Positions 1 through 10,109 of a stretch of 64,000 nucleotides of DNA are shown here, piece by piece. The notes beneath the pieces were generated by a model. It had not been told where the DNA came from. It saw only the letters and a program-made list of their open reading frames with translations, and ran no database searches. Every line of letters begins with the position of its first letter. The first letter of the stretch is position 1. Both the position numbers and the translations under genes were made by a program. The DNA comes from Candidatus Nomurabacteria bacterium (GTDB lineage: Bacteria > Patescibacteriota > Minisyncoccia > Phycocordibacterales > UBA9973), in contig CALRAE010000001.1 in assembly GCA_943350445.1 (NCBI GenBank), positions 29,561 through 93,560 of the forward strand, given 5' to 3'.

Positions 1-5
1 AGGTA

Positions 6-302
6 ATGAGGAATAAAATCGAAAAAGGATTTAACATGAACGATACTGCGTTAGAGTTTTGTAGAGCACACGAAGAACTTTCTGAGGCATTTTCAAAGTT
101 TAATAAAGGGCAAAATGGGGTGGCTGAAGAATTCGCTGATGTGATGATATTTATTCTCGGTATGTGTGAGAACTTGGGTTTTGATTTAGAAAAAGAATTA
201 GTTAGAAAAATTGAAATCAACAAGAAGAGAAAATATAAAAAATCTAAATCTCCAGATGGAAAAGATATTTTTATTCGTATCAAGACTCCTCTAGACCCGT
301 AA
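6..302 (+). CDS. MazG-like nucleotide pyrophosphohydrolase (may extend beyond window start)
   Basis: EELSE...VAEEFADV acidic motifs of all-alpha NTP-PPases. Confidence 0.75.
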   Translation: MRNKIEKGFNMNDTALEFCRAHEELSEAFSKFNKGQNGVAEEFADVMIFILGMCENLGFDLEKELVRKIEINKKRKYKKSKSPDGKDIFIRIKTPLDP

Positions 303-417
303 AAATATAAAATATCAACTTTTCTTTGTTACGGATTTTTTTAAGCTTAAAAAATCCTGAAGTTGGCTCGCCGTCGCTCGCCAAACCCCTGCGAAAAGTT
401 ATATTTTATATTTTTAC
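299..417 (-). repeat. Structured ~115-nt element, copy 1 (three-way junction)
   Basis: Long terminal inverted repeat plus two inner hairpins; homologous to 36299-36413. Confidence 0.75.
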
Positions 418-905
418 AACCTCTCGTAAGTAGAAAAAGTATAAGAAAAAGGATTTTTGTCGTCCTTTTTGTGTTCTTCGTGCGAGATTTTGTTCCAAAC
501 GATTGGAATAATTTCCGGAAAGAAGACATCAGCCTTTTTATCTTCGGCATTTACGTGGGTGATATAAAGTCTGTCGACAAATTTCATTGATTGTTTATAT
601 ATTTCCGCTCCGCCTATTATAAATACTTCTTGTGAAGGTCCGACCTTCACAAGTTTTAGTACTTCTTCTAGTGAATGTGCAACTTCTACACCAGCACGGG
701 TGTATTTTTTATCTCTTGTGATTACTACATTTCTTCTTTTTGGTAGTGGTCTACCGATAGATTCAAAAGTTTTACGTCCCATAATTACCTTATGGCCAGA
801 TGTTATTTCCCTGAAATGTTTCTGGTCATTCGGGAAAATCCAGAGAAGGGTGTTACCCTTACCGAGTTCATTATTTTTACCAATTGCAGCGATGAGTGAA
901 ATCAT
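414..905 (-). CDS. folA: Dihydrofolate reductase
   Basis: ISLIAA, VIMGRKTFESIGRPLPKRRNVV, FIIGG motifs; downstream of thyA. Confidence 0.97.
   Translation of the reverse strand: MISLIAAIGKNNELGKGNTLLWIFPNDQKHFREITSGHKVIMGRKTFESIGRPLPKRRNVVITRDKKYTRAGVEVAHSLEEVLKLVKVGPSQEVFIIGGAEIYKQSMKFVDRLYITHVNAEDKKADVFFPEIIPIVWNKISHEEHKKDDKNPFSYTFSTYERL
629..653. repeat. Perfect 12-bp palindrome inside folA
   Basis: cttgtgaaggtc-c-gaccttcacaag. Confidence 0.8.
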
Positions 906-907
906 GT

Positions 908-1861
908 TTATACAGCTATGGGAGCCTTAATACCTTCGTGTGTATTATAATCAACCAACTCAAAATCCTCGATAGTGAAATCTTTGATTTTCATTTTCTT
1001 TGGATTTATTTTCATCTTTGGCATAGGGCGAATATCATTACGACGAGAGAGTTGCAATTTTGCTTGATCTAAATGATTTAAATATAAATGTACATCGCCA
1101 CCAGTCCAAACAAATTCTCCAACTTTTAGTCCACAAATTTGCGCGATGATCATAGTGAATGTGGCATACGAAGCGATGTTGAAGGGGACTCCGAGGAATG
1201 TGTCACATGAGCGCTGGTAGAGCTGACAAGAAAGCTTGCCGTCCACGACGTAAAACTGGAAGAAGCAGTGACAAGGAGGGAGTCCGGCTTTAGCCATCTC
1301 CTCTATGTCTGCTACGTTCCATGCTGAAACTATTAGCCTCCTAGAGTCAGGGCTTTTTTTAATTTGCTCAATTACGTTTGCGAGTTGATCTATATGTTTG
1401 CCGTTTGGCGCTGGCCAACTTCGCCATTGATAGCCGTAGATTGGTCCAAGGTTGCCATATTCCCTCGCAAATTTTTCATCTGTTTTTATTTTTTCCACGA
1501 ATTCTTTAATGCCTGAATTCCATTCTTCTGATCCAGTTTTTGTAACGTTAATTTTATTTCGAATTAAATATGCCTTGTAGGGCCATTCATCCCAGATGTG
1601 CACATTATTATCTGCAAGATATTTTAAATTTGTATCTCCGCGCATGAACCAAAGCAATTCATGGATGATGGATTTGATTGGCACTTTCTTTGTGGTGAGG
1701 AGGGGGAAGCCGTCTTCTAAATTAAATCGCATTTGATACCCTAATACACTTTTTGTACCTGTTCCTGTACGGTCAGTCTTGGTGGCGCCATTTTTCATGA
1801 TGTGCTCTAGGAGGTCCAAATATAAAACGTCCGCGTGTTTACCAAGAGGTTTATTCTGCAT
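908..1861 (-). CDS. thyA: Thymidylate synthase
   Basis: [27 protein letters not shown]. Confidence 0.98.
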   Translation of the reverse strand: MQNKPLGKHADVLYLDLLEHIMKNGATKTDRTGTGTKSVLGYQMRFNLEDGFPLLTTKKVPIKSIIHELLWFMRGDTNLKYLADNNVHIWDEWPYKAYLIRNKINVTKTGSEEWNSGIKEFVEKIKTDEKFAREYGNLGPIYGYQWRSWPAPNGKHIDQLANVIEQIKKSPDSRRLIVSAWNVADIEEMAKAGLPPCHCFFQFYVVDGKLSCQLYQRSCDTFLGVPFNIASYATFTMIIAQICGLKVGEFVWTGGDVHLYLNHLDQAKLQLSRRNDIRPMPKMKINPKKMKIKDFTIEDFELVDYNTHEGIKAPIAV

Positions 1862-1897
1862 GGTTTCATTATACTTTTCTGACTAGATTAAGAAACA

Positions 1898-1926
1898 TTG
1901 ACAATCTATATACAAAGTGCTATACT
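1898..1926 (+). promoter_or_regulatory. sigma70 promoter of DEAD-box helicase
   Basis: TTGACA-17-TATACT with extended TG. Confidence 0.75.
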
Positions 1927-2037
1927 TGTTACATCATTCTCACCTATTAATTAACGAGACTGACGCTTGTGGAAATCATCTATGACTTTTGTGTCGCAAA
2001 GTGACTAGAGATTGATTGCCATGACACAAAGTTATAT

Positions 2038-3327
2038 ATGATGAACAAACGCAGTTTCGCGCGTCCAGCTTCGGCAGGTGCGCACAAGTCTTCTGGTTTC
2101 ACTCCGAGACCTTCTAGCCCTTCTTATGGAAGTGGTAAGTTTAATAATTCTCGTCCTAGTTTTTCTAGAGGGGGAGGCAGAGGTGCTCCAAAGAGGGGTA
2201 GATTTGGTGGCGAGAGGATAGATGCTTCTCGTTTCATTAAAAAAGCTATACATGTGGAGGAAAAGCCATATGTAGCAAAGCATACATTTGCTGATTTTCC
2301 TTTTAATCCACAATTACATAAAAATATTAAGGGCGCTGGATTTGAACATCCACGACCGATTCAAGACCAATCAATTCCAACAGTTCTTTCTGGGCGTGAT
2401 GTTTTCGGTATGGCAAACACTGGTACAGGTAAGACTGCAGCCTTTCTTTTGCCTTTGATTGAAAAGATTTCTAAGACTAAAGGACTTTCTAAGAAAGAAA
2501 AAGTATTAATTATGGCGCCGACTCGTGAGCTTGCTTTACAAATCGAAAGTGATTTCAAAACTCTAGCTTTTGGATTCGGTATGTTCTCCGTGGCTTGTGT
2601 GGGTGGGCTACCAATCGGGAAGCAAATAAGAGAAATAAAAATGGGGGTATCGTTTGTTATCGGTACGCCGGGGCGTCTACGAGATTTGATTGACCAAAAA
2701 GTTCTAGACCTCTCTACTTGTCACTCTGTGGTACTCGACGAAGCTGACCGTATGCTCGATATGGGATTCCGTGATGATATGGTTTACATTATCGGCAAGA
2801 CTGCAAAGGAACGTCAAACTCTATTCTTCTCTGCGACTCTTTCTCCAGAAATTAGAAAAATGACGGAACAATATCTGAAAGATCCTGCTTTTATTTCTGT
2901 GATTTCAGGTGAGACAGCAAAAAATATCGAGCAAGATGTAGTTCGTTTTAGAGCTAAGGAAGAAAAAATAGAAAAACTGCACGAAGTTTTGAAAAAGGAC
3001 GGATCTGACAAAGTTCTTATCTTCCGCGAGATGAAACACAGCGTGGATTCTCTAGCGAAAGAACTTCAAGGTTTTGGATTTAAAGTGGGTGGTATTCATG
3101 GCGACAAGAGAAGTCGTGAACGTATCCGCATCCTTGATTCATTCAAAAAGGACCAGATCAACATCTTGATTGCGACAGACGTGGCAGCCAGAGGTCTAGA
3201 TATTCCAGATGTGACCCACGTCATCAACTACGACGTCCCACAAACATATGATACATATGTGCACCGCATAGGCCGAACAGGCCGCGCAGGCAAGAAGGGA
3301 ACAGCCTTGACCTTCGTGCCGGCGTAA
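2038..3327 (+). CDS. DEAD-box RNA helicase with G/R/S-rich N-terminal tail
   Basis: GTGKT, PTRELA, DEAD, SAT, HRIGRTGRAG. Confidence 0.97.
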   Translation: MMNKRSFARPASAGAHKSSGFTPRPSSPSYGSGKFNNSRPSFSRGGGRGAPKRGRFGGERIDASRFIKKAIHVEEKPYVAKHTFADFPFNPQLHKNIKGAGFEHPRPIQDQSIPTVLSGRDVFGMANTGTGKTAAFLLPLIEKISKTKGLSKKEKVLIMAPTRELALQIESDFKTLAFGFGMFSVACVGGLPIGKQIREIKMGVSFVIGTPGRLRDLIDQKVLDLSTCHSVVLDEADRMLDMGFRDDMVYIIGKTAKERQTLFFSATLSPEIRKMTEQYLKDPAFISVISGETAKNIEQDVVRFRAKEEKIEKLHEVLKKDGSDKVLIFREMKHSVDSLAKELQGFGFKVGGIHGDKRSRERIRILDSFKKDQINILIATDVAARGLDIPDVTHVINYDVPQTYDTYVHRIGRTGRAGKKGTALTFVPA

Positions 3328-3343
3328 ATAATTATAGATAAAT

Positions 3344-3373
3344 AAAAAAACTCCACTAGGTGTGGAGTTTTTT
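3344..3373. terminator. Bidirectional intrinsic terminator
   Basis: A-run ctccac-taggt-gtggag T-run between convergent genes. Confidence 0.8.
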
Positions 3374-3618
3374 TATGCCTTTATTAATCCAGCTTTGAGG
3401 AGGGTTGCGTAGGCGCCGTTTTTCTTCATGGTGCGCATGCCTTTAGTGGTTATTTCAATATTTAGGAATTTGTTTATCTCCGGCACGAAAACCCTCTTCT
3501 TTTGAAGGTTTACATACTTTCGGACTTTACCAGTAGGGTTGAATTTGGTCGCACGGGTCCTGTTAGAGTATCCGCCTCCCATGATTGAGCCCTTTTTTGT
3601 TATTGCGCATATTTTCAT
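3373..3618 (-). CDS. rpmB: 50S ribosomal protein L28
   Basis: CAITKK...NLQKKR...ITTKGMRT L28 pattern. Confidence 0.85.
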   Translation of the reverse strand: MKICAITKKGSIMGGGYSNRTRATKFNPTGKVRKYVNLQKKRVFVPEINKFLNIEITTKGMRTMKKNGAYATLLKAGLIKA

Positions 3619-3649
3619 ATCAGTTACAAAATGCTATCATAAAATACAA

Positions 3650-4270
3650 ATGGAAGCAACCAACGCAGTATTTTATGTGGTCGTACTTGTGATGTCTATC
3701 GTTATTCACGAAGTCTCGCATGGTTTCATGGCGGAGTATTTTGGCGACAAGACGGCGCGCTTTGCAGGTAGGCTGACTTTGAATCCCATTAAACACTTAG
3801 ACCTTTTTGGCTCCGTCCTTTTGCCAGTCTTTCTGGTTTTCACACATTCTCCATTCTTGTTTGGTTGGGCGAAGCCCGTGCCATACAATCCAGAAAATTT
3901 AAGTAATAAAAAATGGGGGACTGTGGCCGTAGCATCAGCCGGAGTTCTCTCCAATTTCCTGATCGCTATTATTTTTGGGGTCATCATCCGTCTCTCACAC
4001 GGCATGACTTTACCAGAAGGTTTTTATTTCATAACTTCGATAATAGTCCTTGTGAACCTAGCCTTGGGAATATTCAACTTGGTTCCCATACCACCACTCG
4101 ATGGTTCAAAGATACTTTTCTCTCTTTTGCCACAATCTGCCTCTACGTATATTTCTCAGATTGAACAATACTCTCTTTTTCTGTTGATAATTTTCATTGT
4201 TTTCTTTTCTAACTATCTATACCCGATTTTGACTTTTCTCTTCAGTTTTCTTACCGGTCTTGCATTTTAG
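3650..4270 (+). CDS. Site-2 protease (M50)
   Basis: HEVSH and NLVPIPPLDG motifs; start refined to ATG 3650. Confidence 0.93.
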   Translation: MEATNAVFYVVVLVMSIVIHEVSHGFMAEYFGDKTARFAGRLTLNPIKHLDLFGSVLLPVFLVFTHSPFLFGWAKPVPYNPENLSNKKWGTVAVASAGVLSNFLIAIIFGVIIRLSHGMTLPEGFYFITSIIVLVNLALGIFNLVPIPPLDGSKILFSLLPQSASTYISQIEQYSLFLLIIFIVFFSNYLYPILTFLFSFLTGLAF

Positions 4271-4345
4271 TTTTTAAAATAGTATATTAAAGTCCTTAGT
4301 CACTTAAGTCTTCTTGGGTGCTATTTTGTTTATATATTTAAAATT

Positions 4346-4771
4346 ATGGCAACAATCAATCAATTAGTTCGAAAAGGCAGATTCAAGGTCCATGCTAAAA
4401 CAAAGACTGTAGCTTTGGCGCGTGGATTCAACGTTCTAAAGAATCGCCCAGTCTTTTTCCCAGCTCCTTTTAAGAGAGGTGTTTGTACGAAAGTCTCTAC
4501 AACGACTCCAAAGAAGCCGAACTCTGCTCTACGAAAGATCGCTCGCGTACGTTTGACCAACGGCATGGAAGTCACCGCTTATATCCCAGGTGAAGGACAC
4601 AATCTACAAGAACACTCAGTCGTTATGCTCCGTGGAGGACGCGTAAAGGACTTGATCGGAGTGCGATATCACATCGTCCGTGGAGTGCTCGATACACAAG
4701 GAGTAGAGAAGAGACGACAAGGACGTTCACTATACGGAAACAAGAAACCGAAGGAAGCGAAAGCGAAATAA
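4346..4771 (+). CDS. rpsL: 30S ribosomal protein S12
   Basis: [15 protein letters not shown]. Confidence 0.99.
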   Translation: MATINQLVRKGRFKVHAKTKTVALARGFNVLKNRPVFFPAPFKRGVCTKVSTTTPKKPNSALRKIARVRLTNGMEVTAYIPGEGHNLQEHSVVMLRGGRVKDLIGVRYHIVRGVLDTQGVEKRRQGRSLYGNKKPKEAKAK

Positions 4772-4774
4772 TCA

Positions 4775-4807
4775 CCACCCCTAGCACCTCCTCATTAAGG
4801 AGGGGAG
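4775..4807. repeat. C-run/G-run hairpin repeat between rpsL and rpsG
   Basis: ccacccctagcacctcctcattaaggaggggag; similar architecture to 44337-44378. Confidence 0.5.
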
Positions 4808-4824
4808 GAAATTAAAAAAAATTT

Positions 4825-5295
4825 ATGCGAAGAAAAGTAAAAAATCGAAATATAGTAGCGCCAGACTTCATCTACAATTCTACAAAATTGGAGAAGTTTA
4901 TTAATTACATCATGTGGTCTGGAAAGAAGGAGACAGCCCGCAAGGTAATGTACGCTACTTTTGATACCATAAAAGAAAAGACTGGCAATCCAAATCCTCT
5001 TGAAGTTTTCGACTTGGCTATGAAGAACGCAGGTCCTTTGACTGAAGTTCGTTCAAAGCGTATCGGTGGAGCTAACTATCAGATCCCTATCGAAGTCCGT
5101 CCTGAAAGACGCAATGCTCTAGCTATGCGTTGGATTCGCGATGCTGCTCGTGGAGGAAAAGGCAAACCAATGCATTTGAAACTCGCCGATGAACTGATAG
5201 CTGCTTCAAAGAATGAAGGTTCTGCTATTAAAAAGAAGGAAGACACACACAAGATGGCCGAAGCAAACAAAGCTTTCGCTCACTTTGCTTGGTAG
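4825..5295 (+). CDS. rpsG: 30S ribosomal protein S7
   Basis: RIGGANYQ, MAEANKAFAHF. Confidence 0.99.
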   Translation: MRRKVKNRNIVAPDFIYNSTKLEKFINYIMWSGKKETARKVMYATFDTIKEKTGNPNPLEVFDLAMKNAGPLTEVRSKRIGGANYQIPIEVRPERRNALAMRWIRDAARGGKGKPMHLKLADELIAASKNEGSAIKKKEDTHKMAEANKAFAHFAW

Positions 5296-5341
5296 GAGAG
5301 AAAGAGGTATAATTTGTTTATTAGTTAATCTTAATTAAAAT

Positions 5342-5737
5342 ATGAATAAATCTTTTATTTTTTCTTTAATTTTGATTCTTCTAGGAGTATTTGGATTCTT
5401 CTATTTCCAATACTTAGGAAACAATTCTGTTGAACATTGCAAGGCTTTAAATAATTGTTCAGGTGCAGAAGGACTTCAGGGATTAGCCAGCTTCTTTTTT
5501 GCTCTTCCTATACTTTTAATAGGTTTGATTCTTTGTTGGGTATCACTATTTTCAAAAAGCAGCCTACTCATTTCAAGAGTGTATTCTTTAGTTGGAGGAA
5601 TAGTGGGCTTCTTGTTATTCATGCTTCTTGGAAGGTTTATTTTCTTTCTAAATATTGGATATTTAGGCTATCTTTTGATTGGAATAGTAGGTGCATCAAT
5701 AGGAATTTATATTGGTCGAAAAGTTGCGACGGTTTGA
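5342..5737 (+). CDS. Hypothetical membrane protein (~4 TM), accessory
   Basis: Hydrophobic segments, AT-rich, own TATAAT upstream. Confidence 0.7.
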   Translation: MNKSFIFSLILILLGVFGFFYFQYLGNNSVEHCKALNNCSGAEGLQGLASFFFALPILLIGLILCWVSLFSKSSLLISRVYSLVGGIVGFLLFMLLGRFIFFLNIGYLGYLLIGIVGASIGIYIGRKVATV

Positions 5738-5743
5738 TGTAAA

Positions 5744-5783
5744 CAGAGTCTAAGGCTCTGAATCTCGCAAGGACCGTCCTTGC
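5744..5783. repeat. Two adjacent short palindromes (REP-like)
   Basis: cagagt-ctaag-gctctg and gcaaggac-c-gtccttgc; the latter recurs at 20591-20608. Confidence 0.65.
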
Positions 5784-5802
5784 TATTGACTTGCTATGGA
5801 TC

Positions 5803-5829
5803 AAAAGACCACCGAAAGGTGGTTTTTGG
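5803..5829 (+). terminator. Intrinsic terminator
   Basis: gaccacc-gaaa-ggtggtt followed by T-run. Confidence 0.75.
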
Positions 5830-5838
5830 TTTACACCG

Positions 5839-5889
5839 TTGACTTTTATTTTTGTTAAGTATATGATATTATAATATTAGATTATCATA
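5839..5889 (+). promoter_or_regulatory. TA operon promoter with inverted-repeat operator
   Basis: TTGACT-17-TATGAT; TATGATA...TATCATA inverted repeat. Confidence 0.6.
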
Positions 5890-5912
5890 CAAATTAACAT
5901 AAGAATATAAAT

Positions 5913-6122
5913 ATGACCACATTATCAATACCCGTGTCAGGGGATTTAGAAAAATTTATAGAAGGGATGGTTAAAGTTGGGAAAGGTTCAAACAAAGCTG
6001 ACGTCGTTCGACGTGCCTTACGTGAGTATCAAGAGAATGAAATAGTTAAAACTATTTTACAGGCTGAAAATGAGCCTACAATGAAAGGGGACTTACGCGA
6101 TTTAATGAAAAAATTCAAATAG
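5913..6122 (+). CDS. Ribbon-helix-helix antitoxin (ParD-like)
   Basis: LSIPVS..LEKFIE.MV..G...NKADVVRRALR. Confidence 0.8.
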   Translation: MTTLSIPVSGDLEKFIEGMVKVGKGSNKADVVRRALREYQENEIVKTILQAENEPTMKGDLRDLMKKFK

Positions 6123-6126
6123 TCCG

Positions 6127-6387
6127 ATGATTCAGATATCTTTTAAACCGACTTTCGTAAAGCAAATGAATAAGCTTGAAAAAGCGTTGGTTGAAGAGGT
6201 GTTTGAAAAAATTGAATTATTTAAAAATAAGGAGAATCATAAGACACTAAAAGTTCACAAACTTCATGGTAAGTTAGCGGGATATTTCAGTTTCTCTCTG
6301 AATTATAAGTTTAGAATTGTATTTCTGTATGAATCGGGTAATCACGTTGTATTTCTTGATATTGGCGACCATGACTTATACAAGTAA
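6127..6387 (+). CDS. RelE/YafQ-family toxin
   Basis: F.KQ..KL, HKLHGKLAG, RIVF, DIGDHD. Confidence 0.85.
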   Translation: MIQISFKPTFVKQMNKLEKALVEEVFEKIELFKNKENHKTLKVHKLHGKLAGYFSFSLNYKFRIVFLYESGNHVVFLDIGDHDLYK

Positions 6388-6469
6388 TTGCTTTTAACGT
6401 ACTTTTGTTATACTATTAAGTACATAAGACGACAGCGTCTTTTTTTTATTAAATAAAGAAAATTAACAC

Positions 6470-8620
6470 ATGGAACGAGACTATCCACTAGAGAAAGTTA
6501 GAAATTTTGGAATTATCGCGCACATTGATGCGGGCAAGACAACGACGACAGAACGCGTGCTTTTTTATACTGGTACGAAGCATAAAATTGGCGAGGTGCA
6601 TGAAGGTGAGACGACGACAGACTGGATGGAACAAGAACGAGAGCGTGGTATTACTATCACCGCTGCCGCTGTCACTTGTTTCTGGATTCCGACATACGCT
6701 CCTACCGATAAAACAAAGAAGCATCGTTTTAATATTATTGATACTCCTGGACACATCGACTTTACTGTAGAGGTAAAGCGTTCTTTACGCGTTCTCGACG
6801 GCGCTGTGGTGGTGTTTGACGGTGTGGCTGGTGTTGAACCTCAGTCTGAGACGAACTGGAGATATGCTGACGAGGCAAAGGTTCCTCGTATTTGTTTTAT
6901 AAATAAATTAGATCGAACAGGTGCTTCTTTTGAACATTCTTATGCAACTATTTTAGACAGACTTAGTAAAAAGGCTGTTCGCGTGCAGATCCCTATTGGT
7001 CTCGAAGATAAATTTGAAGGAGTTATTGATTTGCTTCGCATGAAGGCTTTCTATTTCGAGGGAGACATGGGTAATACCATTATTGAAAAAGACATTCCAG
7101 AAAATATGAAAGCTGATGCAGCTAAATATCACTCAGAGCTAGTGGAGAAAATTGTTGAGACAGATGATGTCATGATGACAGAGTACTTAGAGGGGATGGT
7201 TCCTGGTTTTGATGTACTGAAAAAGACTCTCCGTAAGGCTGTTATTGATAATAAGATTTTCCCAGTTTTTGCTGGCTCTGCTCTAAAGAACAAAGGTGTT
7301 CAGCTCATACTTGATGCTGTGATAGATTATTTGCCAGCTCCGACAGATATCGCAGCTGTCTCCGGTATTGATCCAAATGATGATGACAAAGTAATAACTC
7401 GAAGTGCTTCCGACAAAGAGCCTTTTTCTGCGCTTGCTTTCAAAGTCGCGACTGATCCATTCGTCGGACAGATTATTTTCTTCCGTGTTTATTCTGGAAC
7501 ACTTGCTGCAGGTAGTTATATTTACAATCCTAGAACTCGTAATAAAGAGCGCATTGGACGAATTCTTCGTATGCATGCAAATGATCGAGAAGAAGTGAAG
7601 CAAGTCTTTGCTGGAGAAATAGCCGCAGCAGTGGGACTCAAGGACACAATTACATCAGACACTATCTGTGATGAAGAGAAGCCAATTATTCTAGATAGAA
7701 TTATTTTCCCTGAACCAGTTATTTCTCTACGCATAGAACCAAAAACAAAAGCTGACCAAGAGAAAATGGGTATGGCTTTGAACCGTCTAGCGCAAGAAGA
7801 CCCTACTTTTAGAGTGAGCAGTGATCAAGAAACAGGGGAGACTATCATTGCAGGGATGGGAGAATTACACTTGGAAATTATTGTTGATCGTATGAAGCGT
7901 GAGTTTACAGTTGAGGCAAATGTGGGCAAGCCACAGGTTGCTTATCGTGAAACAATCAATAGTTCTAGTGAAGCTGAAGGCAAATACATCAAGCAGTCTG
8001 GTGGACGCGGTAACTACGGACACGTGAAGATCAAGGTCAAGCCAATGGAAATGCTTACAAAGGAAGAAGTGGAAGATCTACCAAAGAATACAAAGCGATC
8101 TCCTGGATTTGAATTCATAAACAGCATCAAGGGTGGAGTTATTCCTCAGGAATACATTACTCACTGTGAAAAAGGATTCAAAGAAGGACTCGATCGTGGA
8201 GTTTCTGCTGGATTCAAAATGGTCAATGTCTCTGTAGAGCTTTGGGACGGTAGTTATCACGAAGTTGACTCAAACGAAATGGCTTTCAAAATCGCTGCAT
8301 CAATGGCAGTGCAAGATGCATGTAAACGAGCGAGCCCAGTCATCCTTGAGCCGATGATGAAGGTAGAAGTCGTGACTCCAGATAAATTCATGGGAGACGT
8401 AACAGGCAACCTTTCATCAAAGCGCGCGCTCATCGAAGGCATGGAAGATCGTGGTATGAACAAAGTCATCAAAGCCATTGTTCCTCTATCTGAAATGTTC
8501 GGATACATGACTGGCCTACGTTCTATGACTGAAGGCCGCGCATCATTCACGATGGAATTCTTCCGCTACGACATCGTGCCAAACAACGTGGCTGAAACTA
8601 TTATTGCGGCGAGGAAGTAG
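6470..8620 (+). CDS. fusA: Elongation factor G
   Basis: [27 protein letters not shown]. Confidence 0.99.
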   Translation: MERDYPLEKVRNFGIIAHIDAGKTTTTERVLFYTGTKHKIGEVHEGETTTDWMEQERERGITITAAAVTCFWIPTYAPTDKTKKHRFNIIDTPGHIDFTVEVKRSLRVLDGAVVVFDGVAGVEPQSETNWRYADEAKVPRICFINKLDRTGASFEHSYATILDRLSKKAVRVQIPIGLEDKFEGVIDLLRMKAFYFEGDMGNTIIEKDIPENMKADAAKYHSELVEKIVETDDVMMTEYLEGMVPGFDVLKKTLRKAVIDNKIFPVFAGSALKNKGVQLILDAVIDYLPAPTDIAAVSGIDPNDDDKVITRSASDKEPFSALAFKVATDPFVGQIIFFRVYSGTLAAGSYIYNPRTRNKERIGRILRMHANDREEVKQVFAGEIAAAVGLKDTITSDTICDEEKPIILDRIIFPEPVISLRIEPKTKADQEKMGMALNRLAQEDPTFRVSSDQETGETIIAGMGELHLEIIVDRMKREFTVEANVGKPQVAYRETINSSSEAEGKYIKQSGGRGNYGHVKIKVKPMEMLTKEEVEDLPKNTKRSPGFEFINSIKGGVIPQEYITHCEKGFKEGLDRGVSAGFKMVNVSVELWDGSYHEVDSNEMAFKIAASMAVQDACKRASPVILEPMMKVEVVTPDKFMGDVTGNLSSKRALIEGMEDRGMNKVIKAIVPLSEMFGYMTGLRSMTEGRASFTMEFFRYDIVPNNVAETIIAARK
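8581..8620 (+). repeat. 40-bp direct repeat, copy 1 (fusA 3' end)
   Basis: 37/40 identical to 10038-10077. Confidence 0.92.
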
Positions 8621-8656
8621 TTGTATTCGAACCAACATTCATGTTATAATAAATTC

Positions 8657-10039
8657 ATGAGTTTTGATTTACCACCTGAAGATGAAGTACCAAGAAAACG
8701 AACTCCTGAAGAGTTAGCTTCTTTACTTAGTGAAACACAAAATATCTCAGGAGATAATATATATGAATTAATGCTAAAAGCTAAAACTTCGTTAGAGCAT
8801 TCTTCCCCAGAACAAACACAAAAACTCCTTGAGTCTATTAAATTGGCTGCAAATGATATAATTGATAGACAAAATGGTTATCTGGTTAACCTTCGTAATA
8901 AAATAGATCTTTGTTTTGATATACTCCATAGGGCAATGCTTGAAAATGTAGTGCCAGGCAATCCATATAATGAAATATGTCAAAAATCGCTTGATTTTGT
9001 CTTTGAAAAACAGATCCAGCTTTCTTCGTTTCATCAAACTTTTACGGATTTAAACAGTAAGTTTTTAGAAATCGATGTTAGTGTTTCGGGATCAGAGGAA
9101 TTATCAAAAATGGCTGAGAAATTGATTGAAATACTTGCAAAGGAAAAAGCCGCGATGGACGAGTATATAGATGCTGTAGATAAGTTAAGTGTAAATGTGA
9201 AAGCCCGAGCTCTTTTTAAAGTTATGGAAAAACGGTCTGCCAATTCGGATGATCGAGGTGTTAAAGTTGACAATGTAGAAGCCGCATCCGTTAAAACCCC
9301 TACTCCAGATATAAAAAATGCGGGCGATAGAAACACTAAAGATGTATTAAGTAACGAATCCATAGTTAGACCTTCTTTGTCAGAATCATATGATCCTAGA
9401 TTGAATGAAGTTATAGAGAGATCAAAAAATGCGAGTGAGAAAATAAAAAACCAAGTTTTTAAGTTAACTCAAAGAAGATCTTTTTTTGAAAATAGCCTCA
9501 GAAAACATCTTGATTATATAAGAAGGGATTTTTCTTGGCTTATCAAAAATCCGGAAGATCAAATAGGGGGTGGGGAATATAAAGGTTGGACATCTGAAGA
9601 AATAAAGGAATACTATTTTGTATTATATGGAACAGATGACTTTCCAAAACAATCTGAGGTGCAGCCTTTAATGGGTCAGATTTTGGGTTCCAGGGAAAAA
9701 CATAATGAAAATATTGAAAACAGACAGCCTGATTCAGGAGTGGATATTTCAACAGAAACTCTTTTCGTGGACCTTGAAAAAGTTCAAAATGTAGAAGGTG
9801 CGTTTAATATTTTTCAAAAAGCTCATTTTCTGTTAGAAAAAGAAGGTGGTTTTTTTTCTAAAAAAAGAAAAGAACTTAGGGCTCTAAAAAAAGCGGCTCT
9901 TGCAAAAATGAGACAAGTTAGTGGGCTTTCGCTAGAAGATATATCCAGGATTGAATCAGGCTCGGATCTGGGAACTTCCCAATACAGAAGATATTTTTAT
10001 TTGGCAAAAAAACTTGGTATTCCACATAAATGGTTTTAA
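8657..10039 (+). CDS. Hypothetical helical/charged protein (inserted cassette)
   Basis: Long ORF; TG-TATAAT 6 nt before ATG 8657; flanked by fusA-end repeats. Confidence 0.8.
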   Translation: MSFDLPPEDEVPRKRTPEELASLLSETQNISGDNIYELMLKAKTSLEHSSPEQTQKLLESIKLAANDIIDRQNGYLVNLRNKIDLCFDILHRAMLENVVPGNPYNEICQKSLDFVFEKQIQLSSFHQTFTDLNSKFLEIDVSVSGSEELSKMAEKLIEILAKEKAAMDEYIDAVDKLSVNVKARALFKVMEKRSANSDDRGVKVDNVEAASVKTPTPDIKNAGDRNTKDVLSNESIVRPSLSESYDPRLNEVIERSKNASEKIKNQVFKLTQRRSFFENSLRKHLDYIRRDFSWLIKNPEDQIGGGEYKGWTSEEIKEYYFVLYGTDDFPKQSEVQPLMGQILGSREKHNENIENRQPDSGVDISTETLFVDLEKVQNVEGAFNIFQKAHFLLEKEGGFFSKKRKELRALKKAALAKMRQVSGLSLEDISRIESGSDLGTSQYRRYFYLAKKLGIPHKWF

Positions 10040-10077
10040 ACAACGTGGCTGAGACCATCATTGCGGCGAGGAAGTAG
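10038..10077 (+). repeat. 40-bp direct repeat, copy 2 (orphan fusA 3' end)
   Basis: Encodes [12 protein letters not shown] with three synonymous changes. Confidence 0.92.
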
Positions 10078-10109
10078 ACCTTGATACTATTTTATGTTAT
10101 AATAGAGGT

